Assembly: GCA_018812625.1 (NCBI GenBank)
Contig: JAHJDH010000031.1
Span: 1 to 57,581 of the forward strand
From: Candidatus Micrarchaeota archaeon
Lineage (GTDB): Archaea; Micrarchaeota; Micrarchaeia; Anstonellales; Bilamarchaeaceae
DNA: 57,581 nt
Reading direction: 5' to 3'
Below, piece by piece: positions 9,788-19,495 of the stretch (position 1 is the first letter of the stretch; each line of letters opens with the position of its first letter). Under the pieces are notes generated by a model. It was not told where the DNA came from. It was given only the letters and a program-made list of their open reading frames with translations, and ran no database searches. The translations under genes were made by a program, and so were the position numbers.

Positions 9788-10051
9788 ATGAAGCTTAGAG
9801 AAGAGCAAAAAAACATGCGGATTCCAAAGAAACCACTCAGAACAATTCTTGCAGCAGCAGTTCTTGTCTCGAATATAATGGGATGTGCGGCTTCTCCAGG
9901 AAGAACTGAGACAATCTGCTCAAGTCAGGGGATGATCATGTATGATCGCAGGATGGATGAGGATCCACAGATGCTTACTCCTGAAGATAGAGAGTTTTTG
10001 CTCAGGAACAACCATGTTCATATGAGATGCGTTACTGTTCCGGCAAGATGA
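9788..10051 (+). CDS. Small lipoprotein-like orphan
   Basis: Basic leader plus ILAAAVLVSNIMGC lipobox-like signal; TTTTAAAT about 25 nt upstream. Confidence 0.6.
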   Translation: MKLREEQKNMRIPKKPLRTILAAAVLVSNIMGCAASPGRTETICSSQGMIMYDRRMDEDPQMLTPEDREFLLRNNHVHMRCVTVPAR

Positions 10052-10160
10052 AGCATCAAAATCTAATTTTTCAGCTAAAAGATTAAGATTAAAAATATTA
10101 TGTTAGTTATTTCTAACATTATGTTATTTAAATCAAACAATAACCCCCGAGGTTTCAAAA

Positions 10161-10583
10161 ATGAAAGCAAAAAACAATAATGATCTAATCCGTCTGATAG
10201 CAATAATCCTGATAAGCATTTCAGTGATTGCAACCGGAGCTCTCCTTTCTATTAATGCATATGCGAAAGGAGATATGGGAGGTGCAATTGGAGGGGGCAT
10301 TATCGCTGCCATTATTCTTGTGTTTGCCATCTTTACTTTCATAAGAGGAAATCGTGATTTAAAAAAAGGATTTCCGCTACAGGATGAGAGGAGCAAAAGA
10401 GTGATGGAAAAGGCAGCTACTAAGGCATTTTATGCATCTCTTTACCTACTACTGATATTGGGATTCCTGTCTGATGAACTTATACAATTTAGGGATGTTA
10501 GCCAGGCAACGAGTGTAGCTGTAGGCGGAATGGCCATCTTATGGGTTGTGTTTTGGGTCTATTACAACAGAAAGGAGATTTGA
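10161..10583 (+). CDS. DUF2178-like membrane protein
   Basis: 4 TM with [12 protein letters not shown] motif; coupled to the downstream XRE HTH gene. Confidence 0.75.
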   Translation: MKAKNNNDLIRLIAIILISISVIATGALLSINAYAKGDMGGAIGGGIIAAIILVFAIFTFIRGNRDLKKGFPLQDERSKRVMEKAATKAFYASLYLLLILGFLSDELIQFRDVSQATSVAVGGMAILWVVFWVYYNRKEI

Positions 10584-10584
10584 A

Positions 10585-10779
10585 ATGAAAACCCGGATAA
10601 AAGAATTTAGGGCAAGATATGATCTTACTCAGGACGATCTTGCAAGAAAAGTTGGAGTAAGGAGGGAAACCATATTATTTCTCGAGAAGGGCAAATACAA
10701 TCCTTCGCTTCAGCTTGCCCACAATATTGCAAACGTTCTGAAATCAACCATTGAAGAAATATTTCTCTTTGATGACTAA
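10585..10779 (+). CDS. XRE/Cro-type HTH transcriptional regulator
   Basis: MKTRIKEFR...[32 protein letters not shown]. Confidence 0.9.
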   Translation: MKTRIKEFRARYDLTQDDLARKVGVRRETILFLEKGKYNPSLQLAHNIANVLKSTIEEIFLFDD

Positions 10780-10797
10780 TTTAAAGAGAAACAGGAT

Positions 10798-11322
10798 ATG
10801 TTTTATAATTTCCCAGATATCTTTCAATGGATGAGATTTGAACTTAAGGGCACACGTCCTTCCATCCTGACAATTATTTTCCTTCTTGTAATGTCAGTCT
10901 ATCTACCATTCTTTGGATCCATATTTCTTCCTCCCCCACTGAGCTGGCTATTTTATCTTGGCGCTCTTCTCGTTGCCTTCTCGTTTTTGTATTATGTATA
11001 TCTATTTGTAAGTGGAAAAAGCGTGAGGGCAGTTGAAACTGAAGAAGAATATTTGGCACTCGAGCTTCATAATGGGGAGAAAAGCAGATATAAGTATCAG
11101 GACATTAGCACGCTTATCTTCATTCCTTCTCCATCAACATTTGGAAGAAGGACGTTTATGCTCTCATTCTTCTACAAGGTCCGCGCAGGTCCGTGGGAAA
11201 CATCGAAATACATATCCTTCAAGGTTCCGGATGAGAAAACTGCAAAGGCAATTGCTGAAGAAATAGAAACTCATTCAGTGAAAATGGATCCTTCAGTAGA
11301 AGCTCTCAGGAAGGCAGTCTAA
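10798..11322 (+). CDS. Membrane protein, 2 TM plus PH-like domain
   Basis: Hydrophobic N-half, beta-rich C-half. Confidence 0.65.
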   Translation: MFYNFPDIFQWMRFELKGTRPSILTIIFLLVMSVYLPFFGSIFLPPPLSWLFYLGALLVAFSFLYYVYLFVSGKSVRAVETEEEYLALELHNGEKSRYKYQDISTLIFIPSPSTFGRRTFMLSFFYKVRAGPWETSKYISFKVPDEKTAKAIAEEIETHSVKMDPSVEALRKAV

Positions 11323-11359
11323 AGTATCAATTTTTATTTTCTGAGGAAGTAACCGAATA

Positions 11360-11740
11360 ATGGTTGAAATCTCAGTATGTCCGAACTGCGGTAAGCTTAT
11401 TGAAGGGCCAGAATATCTCACTTCTTTCAAGAAAATCCCTCAGAATGTCGGCCTGGATTTTGATCCTGTTGCAGGAAGGTTTCTCTGCGATGGCTGCAAT
11501 TACTCCGGGCTTCCAATACAGATTGAAGACACCGAACATGATAAAATTGATTTTCCAAATAAAAAAATAGGTTTGCCACTTGCCCGGGCCAATCCGGAAT
11601 TTTATCAGTTGATTATAATCTCAGGGCTAATTATGATCGTTGGACTTTTTGTTCCAGTTATTGGTCCAGTAATAACCCTGATCGGGCTTTTGCTGCTTGG
11701 TTATACGTTCTTCAGGGTGCCTAAATACAAGCAAACATGA
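11360..11740 (+). CDS. Zn-ribbon membrane protein
   Basis: VCPNCGK...FLCDGCNYSGLP plus C-terminal TM hairpin. Confidence 0.75.
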   Translation: MVEISVCPNCGKLIEGPEYLTSFKKIPQNVGLDFDPVAGRFLCDGCNYSGLPIQIEDTEHDKIDFPNKKIGLPLARANPEFYQLIIISGLIMIVGLFVPVIGPVITLIGLLLLGYTFFRVPKYKQT

Positions 11741-11793
11741 CTTTTTTTGCTAAAGACTACTTATTAATAAAATATTGAGTAGAACTATGGTCA

Positions 11794-12468
11794 ATGGCAA
11801 CATTAGATTTAACGTCAGTCAGTTTCATACTTCTTATAATAAACTATATTTCCCTTGCAGGAATTTTTTTACTGAGATACTTTAATCCAAAAAAATGGTC
11901 TGCATGGCTTGTGAAGGCCTCAGCATCTTATTTCGTTGTCTATACCATTACAATGTTCGTTCTTCTCATTATGTTCTTCGTGATCCTCCTCCTGCCTGCG
12001 ATCGAGCTTATGGATCCTAGTATTTTCATCCTGTTGTTCCTCTTGGGTTTTCTTTTCCTGATATTAGTTGCAGTTAAAAAACAGATTGAAAACCTCGAAG
12101 GTGGTCTACTTTCTCCTTTTCTGCTTTACTTATTCTCAGTCGGACAGGAAGTGTTTTACACAGTAACCTCAAAGGATGGCATGGTCCTGCTTCTCATCCT
12201 GATATTCTGGTATTTCATCGGGGCATTTGTGATTCTGTTACTCGGCAAGATCATTGGATATCTGCTTGATAAATTATTTCCAAAAATTGCCATGGAGCAT
12301 ATGAAAATCATGAAATCTAAGTTTGGAAATAGTGCTCCTTCGATAATTAAATTTGATGATGGCAGTGTAATGACGGGCTTTGGCCCAACTGCTGAATTTG
12401 CAGGAATGGGAATTGGATTTGCACTTTGGATGATAAGCCGCCATTTTGTTTTTGGAATTGTTCTTTAG
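11794..12468 (+). CDS. Polytopic membrane protein
   Basis: About 6 hydrophobic segments. Confidence 0.7.
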   Translation: MATLDLTSVSFILLIINYISLAGIFLLRYFNPKKWSAWLVKASASYFVVYTITMFVLLIMFFVILLLPAIELMDPSIFILLFLLGFLFLILVAVKKQIENLEGGLLSPFLLYLFSVGQEVFYTVTSKDGMVLLLILIFWYFIGAFVILLLGKIIGYLLDKLFPKIAMEHMKIMKSKFGNSAPSIIKFDDGSVMTGFGPTAEFAGMGIGFALWMISRHFVFGIVL

Positions 12469-12529
12469 CAGGTGTTTATGATTTATACTTCCCTTTACAA
12501 GTAAACTAAAAAGAATAATTGAGGTTAAC

Positions 12530-12955
12530 ATGATGATCATTGGAAAGGACTTGGTTTCAGGATTGAGAAAACTGAAAGAGAAAGATGGTATTGAGATAAA
12601 CGGAGAAAAATATGAAGTTATCTCTACTGAGGAACTGTTTGATACAACAGAAATCAAAGCAGAACATGAGACAAGAAGCAAAGGCATGCAGATTGATCTG
12701 AAGAAAGCAGAAACTGACGCGTTTGCAACTCATTATTTGATGTCCTTCATGGATGTTGAGGTGGAATATAAACGGACTGGTGTCTTCGATGGGCCGCCTC
12801 CACTAAATCCAAATCCAGAGATATTGTTTGTTCAGGATATGGAAGCAAACAAAACCTACAAGTACAGCGTAACAAAAAAAGAGAAAAATGAAATAGAACT
12901 TCAGTTCCTCAAAGGCGAAGAGGAAATAGGAATTAAATTATTGAGTATTCTATAG
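12530..12955 (+). CDS. Hypothetical protein
   Basis: 141-aa ORF with GAGGT RBS. Confidence 0.65.
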   Translation: MMIIGKDLVSGLRKLKEKDGIEINGEKYEVISTEELFDTTEIKAEHETRSKGMQIDLKKAETDAFATHYLMSFMDVEVEYKRTGVFDGPPPLNPNPEILFVQDMEANKTYKYSVTKKEKNEIELQFLKGEEEIGIKLLSIL

Positions 12956-13009
12956 AATCTGGAGCCAAAAGAACGTTTAAGTAAAGCTCGGAATAAGAAG
13001 GATTGAAGT

Positions 13010-13732
13010 ATGAAATTCAATCATCTAGTAACTCGGAATTTTTTAATTTTACTGATATCATTTGTGGCAATTTGGGGAATTTCCATATTTTTATTTCCCA
13101 TATTAATCTCTTTAATCGAGTATGGGTCTCATCCAGATACAATAGAATATTCTACACTTGTGCTACCCATATATTCAATCAATCTTTCAGTATCTCTTAT
13201 TGCGATTTATCTTCTATGTAAAAACAGATACAAGAATGGCCAGTCAGGTGATATGAGATTAGATTTCTTATTCGGTTTCCTGCCCATGATGATGATTTGG
13301 ACAATCATATTCATTTCTGCAGTAATGTTGCCTGACGGATGCGGTTGTGCCGGCATGGCATGTTTTTGTGTCTTTTTAATACCGCTTTTCTTTTTAGTTC
13401 CAGTAATTATATACTCTGCTTATATGGGTGGAGCAGTAATTTACTTTAGTCATATATACAAAAATAAAGACATTAAATCTGGTTTGGAAATATGGTTATT
13501 TTTGTCAATCATTTACTTCATATTCCCAATAATCGTAGAATTGATGTTAGTCATTAATTCAACTGCAATGCCGGATTATGGAAGCAATTCATTATTTTCA
13601 GATTTCCAATCTACTGAACTGTATTTATTTGAAGTATTCTTATCCATGATAATTCCAGTGTTATCGTTTTATCTTATTTATAGGGATGTCAATAAGACTA
13701 TTGAAAGTAATCCAAAACTGGTGGAAAAATGA
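13010..13732 (+). CDS. Polytopic membrane protein
   Basis: About 6 TM, CGCAGMAC loop. Confidence 0.7.
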   Translation: MKFNHLVTRNFLILLISFVAIWGISIFLFPILISLIEYGSHPDTIEYSTLVLPIYSINLSVSLIAIYLLCKNRYKNGQSGDMRLDFLFGFLPMMMIWTIIFISAVMLPDGCGCAGMACFCVFLIPLFFLVPVIIYSAYMGGAVIYFSHIYKNKDIKSGLEIWLFLSIIYFIFPIIVELMLVINSTAMPDYGSNSLFSDFQSTELYLFEVFLSMIIPVLSFYLIYRDVNKTIESNPKLVEK

Positions 13733-14193
13733 AATGGAAAGAATTAATACTTGCAATAATTATCTGTGAACTTGCTGGCATTATCGGTTCTGCATTTACA
13801 TTAGAATCTGTCCAGAACTGGTATTCCTATCTTGAAAAGCCCGATTTCAACCCTCCTAATTGGATCTTTGGCCCTGTTTGGACTAGCCTGTATTTTATGA
13901 TGGGAATTTCTGTATTTCTTGTTTTTGTATCTGGAAAAGAAGGATCGATGAGAGCAACATTGCTATTTGCCGGGCAACTTGTGCTGAACACATTATGGTC
14001 CATAGCTTTCTTTGGTATGCAATCTCCTTTCTTTGGTCTGATTGTTATTGCCATGCTGTGGATCATGATAGTAGCAACAATCATCTCATTCTATCCCATC
14101 TCCAAAAAAGCAGCATATCTGCTGATACCCTATATATTTTGGGTTAGTTTTGCAGCTGTGTTGAATTACTCTATCTGGATGCTCAATGGATAA
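13729..14193 (+). CDS. tspO: TspO/MBR family protein
   Basis: WYSYLEKPDFNPPNWIFGPVWT..LY, LNTLWS..FF, PYIFWVSFA..LN. Confidence 0.95.
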   Translation: MKWKELILAIIICELAGIIGSAFTLESVQNWYSYLEKPDFNPPNWIFGPVWTSLYFMMGISVFLVFVSGKEGSMRATLLFAGQLVLNTLWSIAFFGMQSPFFGLIVIAMLWIMIVATIISFYPISKKAAYLLIPYIFWVSFAAVLNYSIWMLNG

Positions 14194-14293
14194 GATGTTC
14201 GGTTATGATTTTTTAGAACTAATACATTTTTATTTTCTGAGCGAGTTAATTTTCTCCTAAATCAAATTAAAAATAGATGAACAGGGTTTTTGT

Positions 14294-14692
14294 ATGGGAA
14301 ACATTGCATATTTTGAGATACCAGCAGATGATATTGAGAGAGCCAAGAAATTCTATATGGCAGTTTTTGGCTGGGATATAAGGAAGTTTGAGATGGCAGG
14401 CGTAGCCCCAAATTATCAGTCTGTCATGACTGGTGAACCAGTTACAGTAAAAGGACCAGGTTATGAGATGAGCCAATTGAATTCTGGCGGGATGAGCCAA
14501 AGAATGTTTCCAAACCAGCCGATAACAAGCTATGTGCAAGTAGATAATGTTGATGAAATGCTTGAAAAAGTAAAGACAAGTGGCGGCAAGCAGCATGGGG
14601 AGAAGATAAATATTCCAAATGTCGGCACCATAGCTTTCATAAATGACAGTGAGGGCAATGTCCTTGGTCTTTGGCAACCTATGAGAATGTGA
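14294..14692 (+). CDS. VOC/glyoxalase family protein
   Basis: YFEIPADDIERAKKFY..VFGW...GG...DSEGNVLGLWQ. Confidence 0.9.
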   Translation: MGNIAYFEIPADDIERAKKFYMAVFGWDIRKFEMAGVAPNYQSVMTGEPVTVKGPGYEMSQLNSGGMSQRMFPNQPITSYVQVDNVDEMLEKVKTSGGKQHGEKINIPNVGTIAFINDSEGNVLGLWQPMRM

Positions 14693-14734
14693 AATTAAAA
14701 ATATTGCTGTTGATCTACTATCTTGGGGATGTAC

Positions 14735-14956
14735 ATGAAATTTGGAATAACAGTTGGAAATACCGACAGGATGATAAGATATGTTGTTGCAGCTATTCTT
14801 GTTGTAGCTGGCATTTTCTTCCTTGGCTCACCACTGGATCTTGTGGCATATGCTGTTGCTTTGATTCTTGTTGTGACTGGCTATACCAAGGTGTGCGCAC
14901 TATATTCTGTGCTTGGGATCAATACTCTTGGGAAGGATAAAAAAGCCAAGAAATAA
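14735..14956 (+). CDS. DUF2892 (YgaP-like) membrane protein
   Basis: VGNTDRMIR...TG..CALYSVLGINT. Confidence 0.85.
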   Translation: MKFGITVGNTDRMIRYVVAAILVVAGIFFLGSPLDLVAYAVALILVVTGYTKVCALYSVLGINTLGKDKKAKK

Positions 14957-14987
14957 TTCTCATATTATCAGTCATTTAGGTATTATA

Positions 14988-15317
14988 ATGAGGATTTGGG
15001 ACATAGAACCATCAAAACTATGCAGAGAGCACTTGCTAGGTGAACACAGAGAACTGCATGCAATATGGTCCATACTTACCAAAGGAAAGAAAGGCTATTC
15101 GCAGCATCCTGAAACAAAAAGATGGAGGGGAAAGCTGCTTGCACTCTACAAACGACATCAGAAACTAGTTGCTGAAATGAAAAAAAGAGGCTATAATCAT
15201 AAGAGTGATCTGGATTATTCCCTTGCCAAAGGCGGAAGAGTTCAAAATGATTATGTAAATTCATACAGTGAGCAGATCGAAATCCTGAGAGGAAAAAAGT
15301 GCGGCTGTAAAGTTTAG
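14988..15317 (+). CDS. Pyrimidine-dimer DNA glycosylase / T4 endonuclease V-like protein
   Basis: MRIWD..P..LCREHLLGEHRELHAIW...HPET..W...EM.KRGYNH. Confidence 0.8.
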   Translation: MRIWDIEPSKLCREHLLGEHRELHAIWSILTKGKKGYSQHPETKRWRGKLLALYKRHQKLVAEMKKRGYNHKSDLDYSLAKGGRVQNDYVNSYSEQIEILRGKKCGCKV

Positions 15318-15396
15318 CTACTATGAAAACTGCAACCGTGAAGCCAAGAGGCAAAATTCCAAAATGAAACTAATTGTTTCATTGATTGCCAACTGA

Positions 15397-16641
15397 CTAG
15401 TGCCTGAAGAAGAGGTATGCGCTAAAGAGCACTATTACTATGAATACTCCTGCTAATGCCACCTCCAGAGAAATCATCTGTTCTTCAGTTTTTTCTACTG
15501 TTTCCGGGCTCTTGGAAATAACAGGATCTGGAACTGTCTCATTTTGAGTATCATTTAAGGTTTCATTCATAACTGGCGGAGGAAGTATGACAGTCTCATT
15601 TGATTCTTCCTTCACGCAAGTGTCGTTTTGGACAAGATAATCTTCAGGACAGCCACACACAGATGCCTTTTCTATTAATTCCCCATCTGCATTGCAATAG
15701 TAGGATAATGAGCAGTTGCCAATCGGTGTTCCGTCAACACATGACTCATAAATACAGCTCAAGGTGATTGGATCATAGTAAGCGTTGTCAGGACAGCCAC
15801 AGATTTTCGCGCTCTTGATTAATTCAGCCTTCTCATTGCAGTAGTATGGCTTGTTTGTAGAGCAGCCTCCCTTTAAAGTTCCATCCGAACAGGTGTTCTG
15901 GGACACTTCTGAGCAGTATGCGCTTGTTGCATTGAAAAGGCACTTTGCCTTGCCGCACTCATTCATAAATATGTGAACCCATGCATTATCTTCGCAGCTC
16001 TTTCTCATCACAGAATTCGTCTCGCTATCGCAGTAGGAAATCTCTCCCTCAGAGCAGCCATTAGCGTAGCTTATCCAGCTCGGAGTTCCGCAGAGGTCTG
16101 GCTCGTACTTGAGAATCAGATTGTCATCCGAGTCATCAATGCACCGATAAGGCCTGGTGTATGAACATTTCCTTTTTCTTGTGCCATCCAGGCAGTATTC
16201 AAAGCTCACATCTTCAATCAAATCGCAGGAAAGCTTGGACCAGTAGCCTGAGGAGGTGAAGGATATATTATGACCTTCGGTGATGATGCTGAAGCTCTCG
16301 CCATCTTCCTTCATATTGAAAACCTCGACAACTTCGAAGTCTCCTGCAGATTCTCTGGTGACTACGAAATTTGCAGTGAATTCTGTTGGCCTCTCATCGA
16401 TACATGATGCTGAGCACAAGTCTGATGAGTCAAATCCAACCAGGTAGATTCTTGTATAATTAAATATTTCAACGTGATCGTATAATGAGATGCTCTCGGT
16501 CTTGACTGGAACGAATACGCTCGGAGAAAGATGCTCATTTACAGATACATCTACATAAACATCAATCACATCTGCTTCGCAGTTTGTTGCGAAAGCTGCA
16601 CTAGCCAATAGTAACATTATGAACAGAATTCCCGCTTTCAT
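15397..16641 (-). CDS. Cys-rich repeat surface protein, signal peptide plus C-terminal TM anchor
   Basis: MKAGILFIMLLLASAAFA signal; repeats CxDGT..G.CS..YYC....L...A..CGCP; NET sequons; C-terminal TM. Confidence 0.8.
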   Translation of the reverse strand: MKAGILFIMLLLASAAFATNCEADVIDVYVDVSVNEHLSPSVFVPVKTESISLYDHVEIFNYTRIYLVGFDSSDLCSASCIDERPTEFTANFVVTRESAGDFEVVEVFNMKEDGESFSIITEGHNISFTSSGYWSKLSCDLIEDVSFEYCLDGTRKRKCSYTRPYRCIDDSDDNLILKYEPDLCGTPSWISYANGCSEGEISYCDSETNSVMRKSCEDNAWVHIFMNECGKAKCLFNATSAYCSEVSQNTCSDGTLKGGCSTNKPYYCNEKAELIKSAKICGCPDNAYYDPITLSCIYESCVDGTPIGNCSLSYYCNADGELIEKASVCGCPEDYLVQNDTCVKEESNETVILPPPVMNETLNDTQNETVPDPVISKSPETVEKTEEQMISLEVALAGVFIVIVLFSAYLFFRH

Positions 16642-16821
16642 AGATGTGTGTTGTCTGCTAATGGTTTTATATGTTTGCGAGAGTTCATTGATCAAGCAAA
16701 GAACATGACTTTCCTTGAAATAAAGCACATATAACTAATTATGTAAAAGTGTCCAGAATGCATTTTACATCTTTTTACTAAAATACACACACATATATAC
16801 AAGGTCTGTCCTAATATATAA

Positions 16822-17337
16822 ATGAAAAAATTCCATCCAACTTATGCAGAAACATCGGGTTATCGCGGATCAACCCAAAATAAGCACCGATTGAGCGGCA
16901 GTGAAGCAGCCACGCTCCGAAATTCAGTGCTTGTAAGGGACCATCACAAATGCTCATATTGCAATTTCCATGGAGAGAAATGGCAGGAAGTAGGATATGT
17001 TGACGGTGATTCAAGTAATAATAAATTAAACAACTTGACCACAGTCTGCCCTATGTGCAATCTCATACTCAATTCTGGTTTAGGATGTCAGATCGAAAGT
17101 ATTGTAGAGCTTTATAAGAGCTCAGAGTACAATCAGAACAAGATAGTCCAGATAACGAGGAAAATGAGAAGTAATGGGAAGAGCGATATTAACATAATCC
17201 GAGTTCTGGGTCTGAAAGACAAAGTACCATTCAAGAGAAACAAGAAGTACCTAAGCGTTCTTTTTGCATTTGTAACTTCGTGGAAAGGCTCATCTGGCGA
17301 TGTGGAAGAAGCTTTGCGCTATGGATACATTGGTTAG
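16822..17337 (+). CDS. HNH-fold Zn-binding protein, degenerate active site (DotN/IcmJ-like)
   Basis: VLVRDHHKCSYC...QEVGYVDGDSSNNKLNNLTTVCPMCN. Confidence 0.75.
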   Translation: MKKFHPTYAETSGYRGSTQNKHRLSGSEAATLRNSVLVRDHHKCSYCNFHGEKWQEVGYVDGDSSNNKLNNLTTVCPMCNLILNSGLGCQIESIVELYKSSEYNQNKIVQITRKMRSNGKSDINIIRVLGLKDKVPFKRNKKYLSVLFAFVTSWKGSSGDVEEALRYGYIG

Positions 17338-17380
17338 TCAAAACTACTAGTTTTATTTATGTTTTTTGTCATATCAAAAC

Positions 17381-17530
17381 ATGGAAGTCTGCCCGAAATA
17401 TGGAAAACCAGTGGAAGCTAAAGATCACATGCCACTAGCTGGCTCCAGGCCAATTAGCCAGATAGAATGCAGCTGCGGGTATTACGGGCTGCCGGTTCAG
17501 CTTGAACCAGAGGATTCAAAAGGAGATTGA
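17381..17530 (+). CDS. Small degenerate Zn-ribbon peptide, possibly a pseudogene; paralog of 11360..11740
   Basis: MEVCPKYGKP...IECSCGYYGLPVQLE; second Cys replaced by Tyr. Confidence 0.5.
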   Translation: MEVCPKYGKPVEAKDHMPLAGSRPISQIECSCGYYGLPVQLEPEDSKGD

Positions 17531-17814
17531 GAAATAGTAAAAGAATATTGGAAATGGAGATTTCATAGTAATAGCTCTTTATTCAGAGGACATCTCAGTA
17601 GTAAGTAGATCAATCAAAGAATTTGACTGTCCTTAGAATATCATTCAGAATGTGGATCTCCACAGTATCCTTCAACCAAATATTAAATAGAACAATTGCA
17701 TTATTTTATGTAATAGAAAACAGGAAAAGATTGTGGTAATATATTGATTTGTGGTATAATTAAATAATGTAAGCGTTATAAATGATTAAGGAATAGGAAT
17801 AATTAGGTGTTCTG

Positions 17815-17988
17815 ATGGCAAAACCAATTCGTGCGACTCCGACCCTTAACGGCGAGGAAGCAATACAATTTGTAAAAAATATTCTTAGGGAGGAAAAAAG
17901 GCCCTCTAAGGCTAGAATTACAACTATAACTACTGCCAGGAGCAGATACTCTCGTTTTAGCAAAATAATGAAATCAGTGCAAGGATAA
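17815..17988 (+). CDS. Putative antitoxin, 57 aa
   Basis: MAKPIRATPTLNGEEAIQFVK...; AGGTG RBS; TAATG overlap with the GNAT gene; not in the ORF track. Confidence 0.65.
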   Translation: MAKPIRATPTLNGEEAIQFVKNILREEKRPSKARITTITTARSRYSRFSKIMKSVQG

Positions 17989-18542
17989 TGGATACTAATA
18001 AGCTCATTTTTGAGAGGTTGGACAAAAAACATTTCGAATTACTCAAATCATTTCAATGCTGTCAAAAGGATCTCGGGGATTTTTTAGTTGATGATGCTAT
18101 TCCAAACCAAAAGAAAGGAATTTCAGTCACATATATGTTTTTTTCCAAAGAAAAAAAGTTTGTTGGTTATGTAAGCATACTCACAGATAATCTAAACCTT
18201 AATGCTGATTTGAAAGGATACTTCAAACAGAAAGAGGACATTCACTACAAATCATTGCCTGCTCTGAAGATAGGTAGGCTAGCTGTCGATGACAGATACG
18301 CACGACAGGGAGTAGGTACCGAGATGGTCTATTTCTCTATATATCTAGCAGAGCAGATATATGGGAATTATTGTGGCTGTAGATTCATTACTCTGGATGC
18401 AAAAAGAGACTCAAAAAATGATACTACACATTTCTACAAGAAACTTGGTTTCAAGGTCTACAAGGAAAGGCAAAAAGGATCTGTTCCTATGTACTTGGAC
18501 CTATGGTTAAGGTCGGATATCAAAAAATCCAAAAAGAACTAA
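17988..18542 (+). CDS. GNAT acetyltransferase, AtaT/TacT-like toxin
   Basis: SFQC...LGDFL..DA, PALKIGRLAVD...RQGVG, GCRFITLDA, FYKKLGF. Confidence 0.85.
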   Translation: MDTNKLIFERLDKKHFELLKSFQCCQKDLGDFLVDDAIPNQKKGISVTYMFFSKEKKFVGYVSILTDNLNLNADLKGYFKQKEDIHYKSLPALKIGRLAVDDRYARQGVGTEMVYFSIYLAEQIYGNYCGCRFITLDAKRDSKNDTTHFYKKLGFKVYKERQKGSVPMYLDLWLRSDIKKSKKN

Positions 18543-18573
18543 GAAATTCTAAAAGAATATTGGAAATGATGAA

Positions 18574-19068
18574 ATGAAGAAATTCCACAACAGTAATCTC
18601 CGTGTGCTTGCCCTAGATCTAATTTTAATGTTGATAATTTCAGTCGTGCTCTTTGATAATTATATCAAATATGAGGATGTCCTCATGCTTGTTTTAGGAG
18701 CCCTCTTCATCGTATTCATTATATCCACCATTAATTCATTTCGGGAAATTGAAATAAATAAATCGACAATTATCTTGAGAAATCAGATATTGAAATCAGA
18801 GACGAAAATCCCCCTATCTTCGATTGAGAAGGTCGAAGCAGAGAGAGTTTTCCTCTCAGCAAGGGCCTTGCTATCGATTACCGGAATTTTCCGTGGAGGA
18901 TCACTAAGTGTCATCTTAAGAACAACCAGGGGAGGGCACATCATTTTCTTCACATCTTCAATCCTGCAAAGCCAGGAAAAAGACGCGCAGGAATTTGTGA
19001 GGGCTTTAATGAAAAAAATTGGGGAGGAGAAGGTGAATATTTTATCAAGGTCGTTCTTTGATAAATGA
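18574..19068 (+). CDS. Membrane protein, 2 TM plus PH-like domain
   Basis: Same architecture as 2114..2548. Confidence 0.65.
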   Translation: MKKFHNSNLRVLALDLILMLIISVVLFDNYIKYEDVLMLVLGALFIVFIISTINSFREIEINKSTIILRNQILKSETKIPLSSIEKVEAERVFLSARALLSITGIFRGGSLSVILRTTRGGHIIFFTSSILQSQEKDAQEFVRALMKKIGEEKVNILSRSFFDK

Positions 19069-19095
19069 TTTTAGAATTTCTAAAAAGGTGTTGAA

Positions 19096-19434
19096 ATGGA
19101 AGTAAAAGAATATATTGAAAAGCAAAAATCCCCTCGAAAGGAGATTCTCAAAAGGCTGAGGAAGATCATCAAGGCCACATTTCCAAAAACAAAAGAAGAA
19201 ATGCGCTGGGGCGTTCCTGTTTTTGAAGATGGGAAGTTCTACGTTGTCGGCCTGAAAGACTCTGTGAACCTGGGCTTTTCAGTCCAAGGTTTAACCAAGA
19301 AGGAAATGGACAACTTCCAGGGAAAAGGGAAAACCATGAGGCATCTCAAGTTCAAGTCCCTTGAAGAAATCGATGAGAAGAAGATAGTCAAGCTCATGAA
19401 GATGGTCCAGAAGAAGGCTAAATGCGAATGTTAA
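19096..19434 (+). CDS. DUF1801 (YdhG-like) protein
   Basis: V.EYI...ILKRLRKII...EEMRWGVPVF...VNLGF...GKGKTMRHLK. Confidence 0.85.
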   Translation: MEVKEYIEKQKSPRKEILKRLRKIIKATFPKTKEEMRWGVPVFEDGKFYVVGLKDSVNLGFSVQGLTKKEMDNFQGKGKTMRHLKFKSLEEIDEKKIVKLMKMVQKKAKCEC

Positions 19435-19495
19435 AATAGTTTTAGAAATACTAAAAGGATATTGGAAATCGGTATTTATGAATAAATTATTTTTT

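Noticed and set aside
17530-19470. CRISPR array from the repeated 26-nt spacer motif
   Set aside because: Copies are separated by whole genes, are degenerate, and no cas genes are present.
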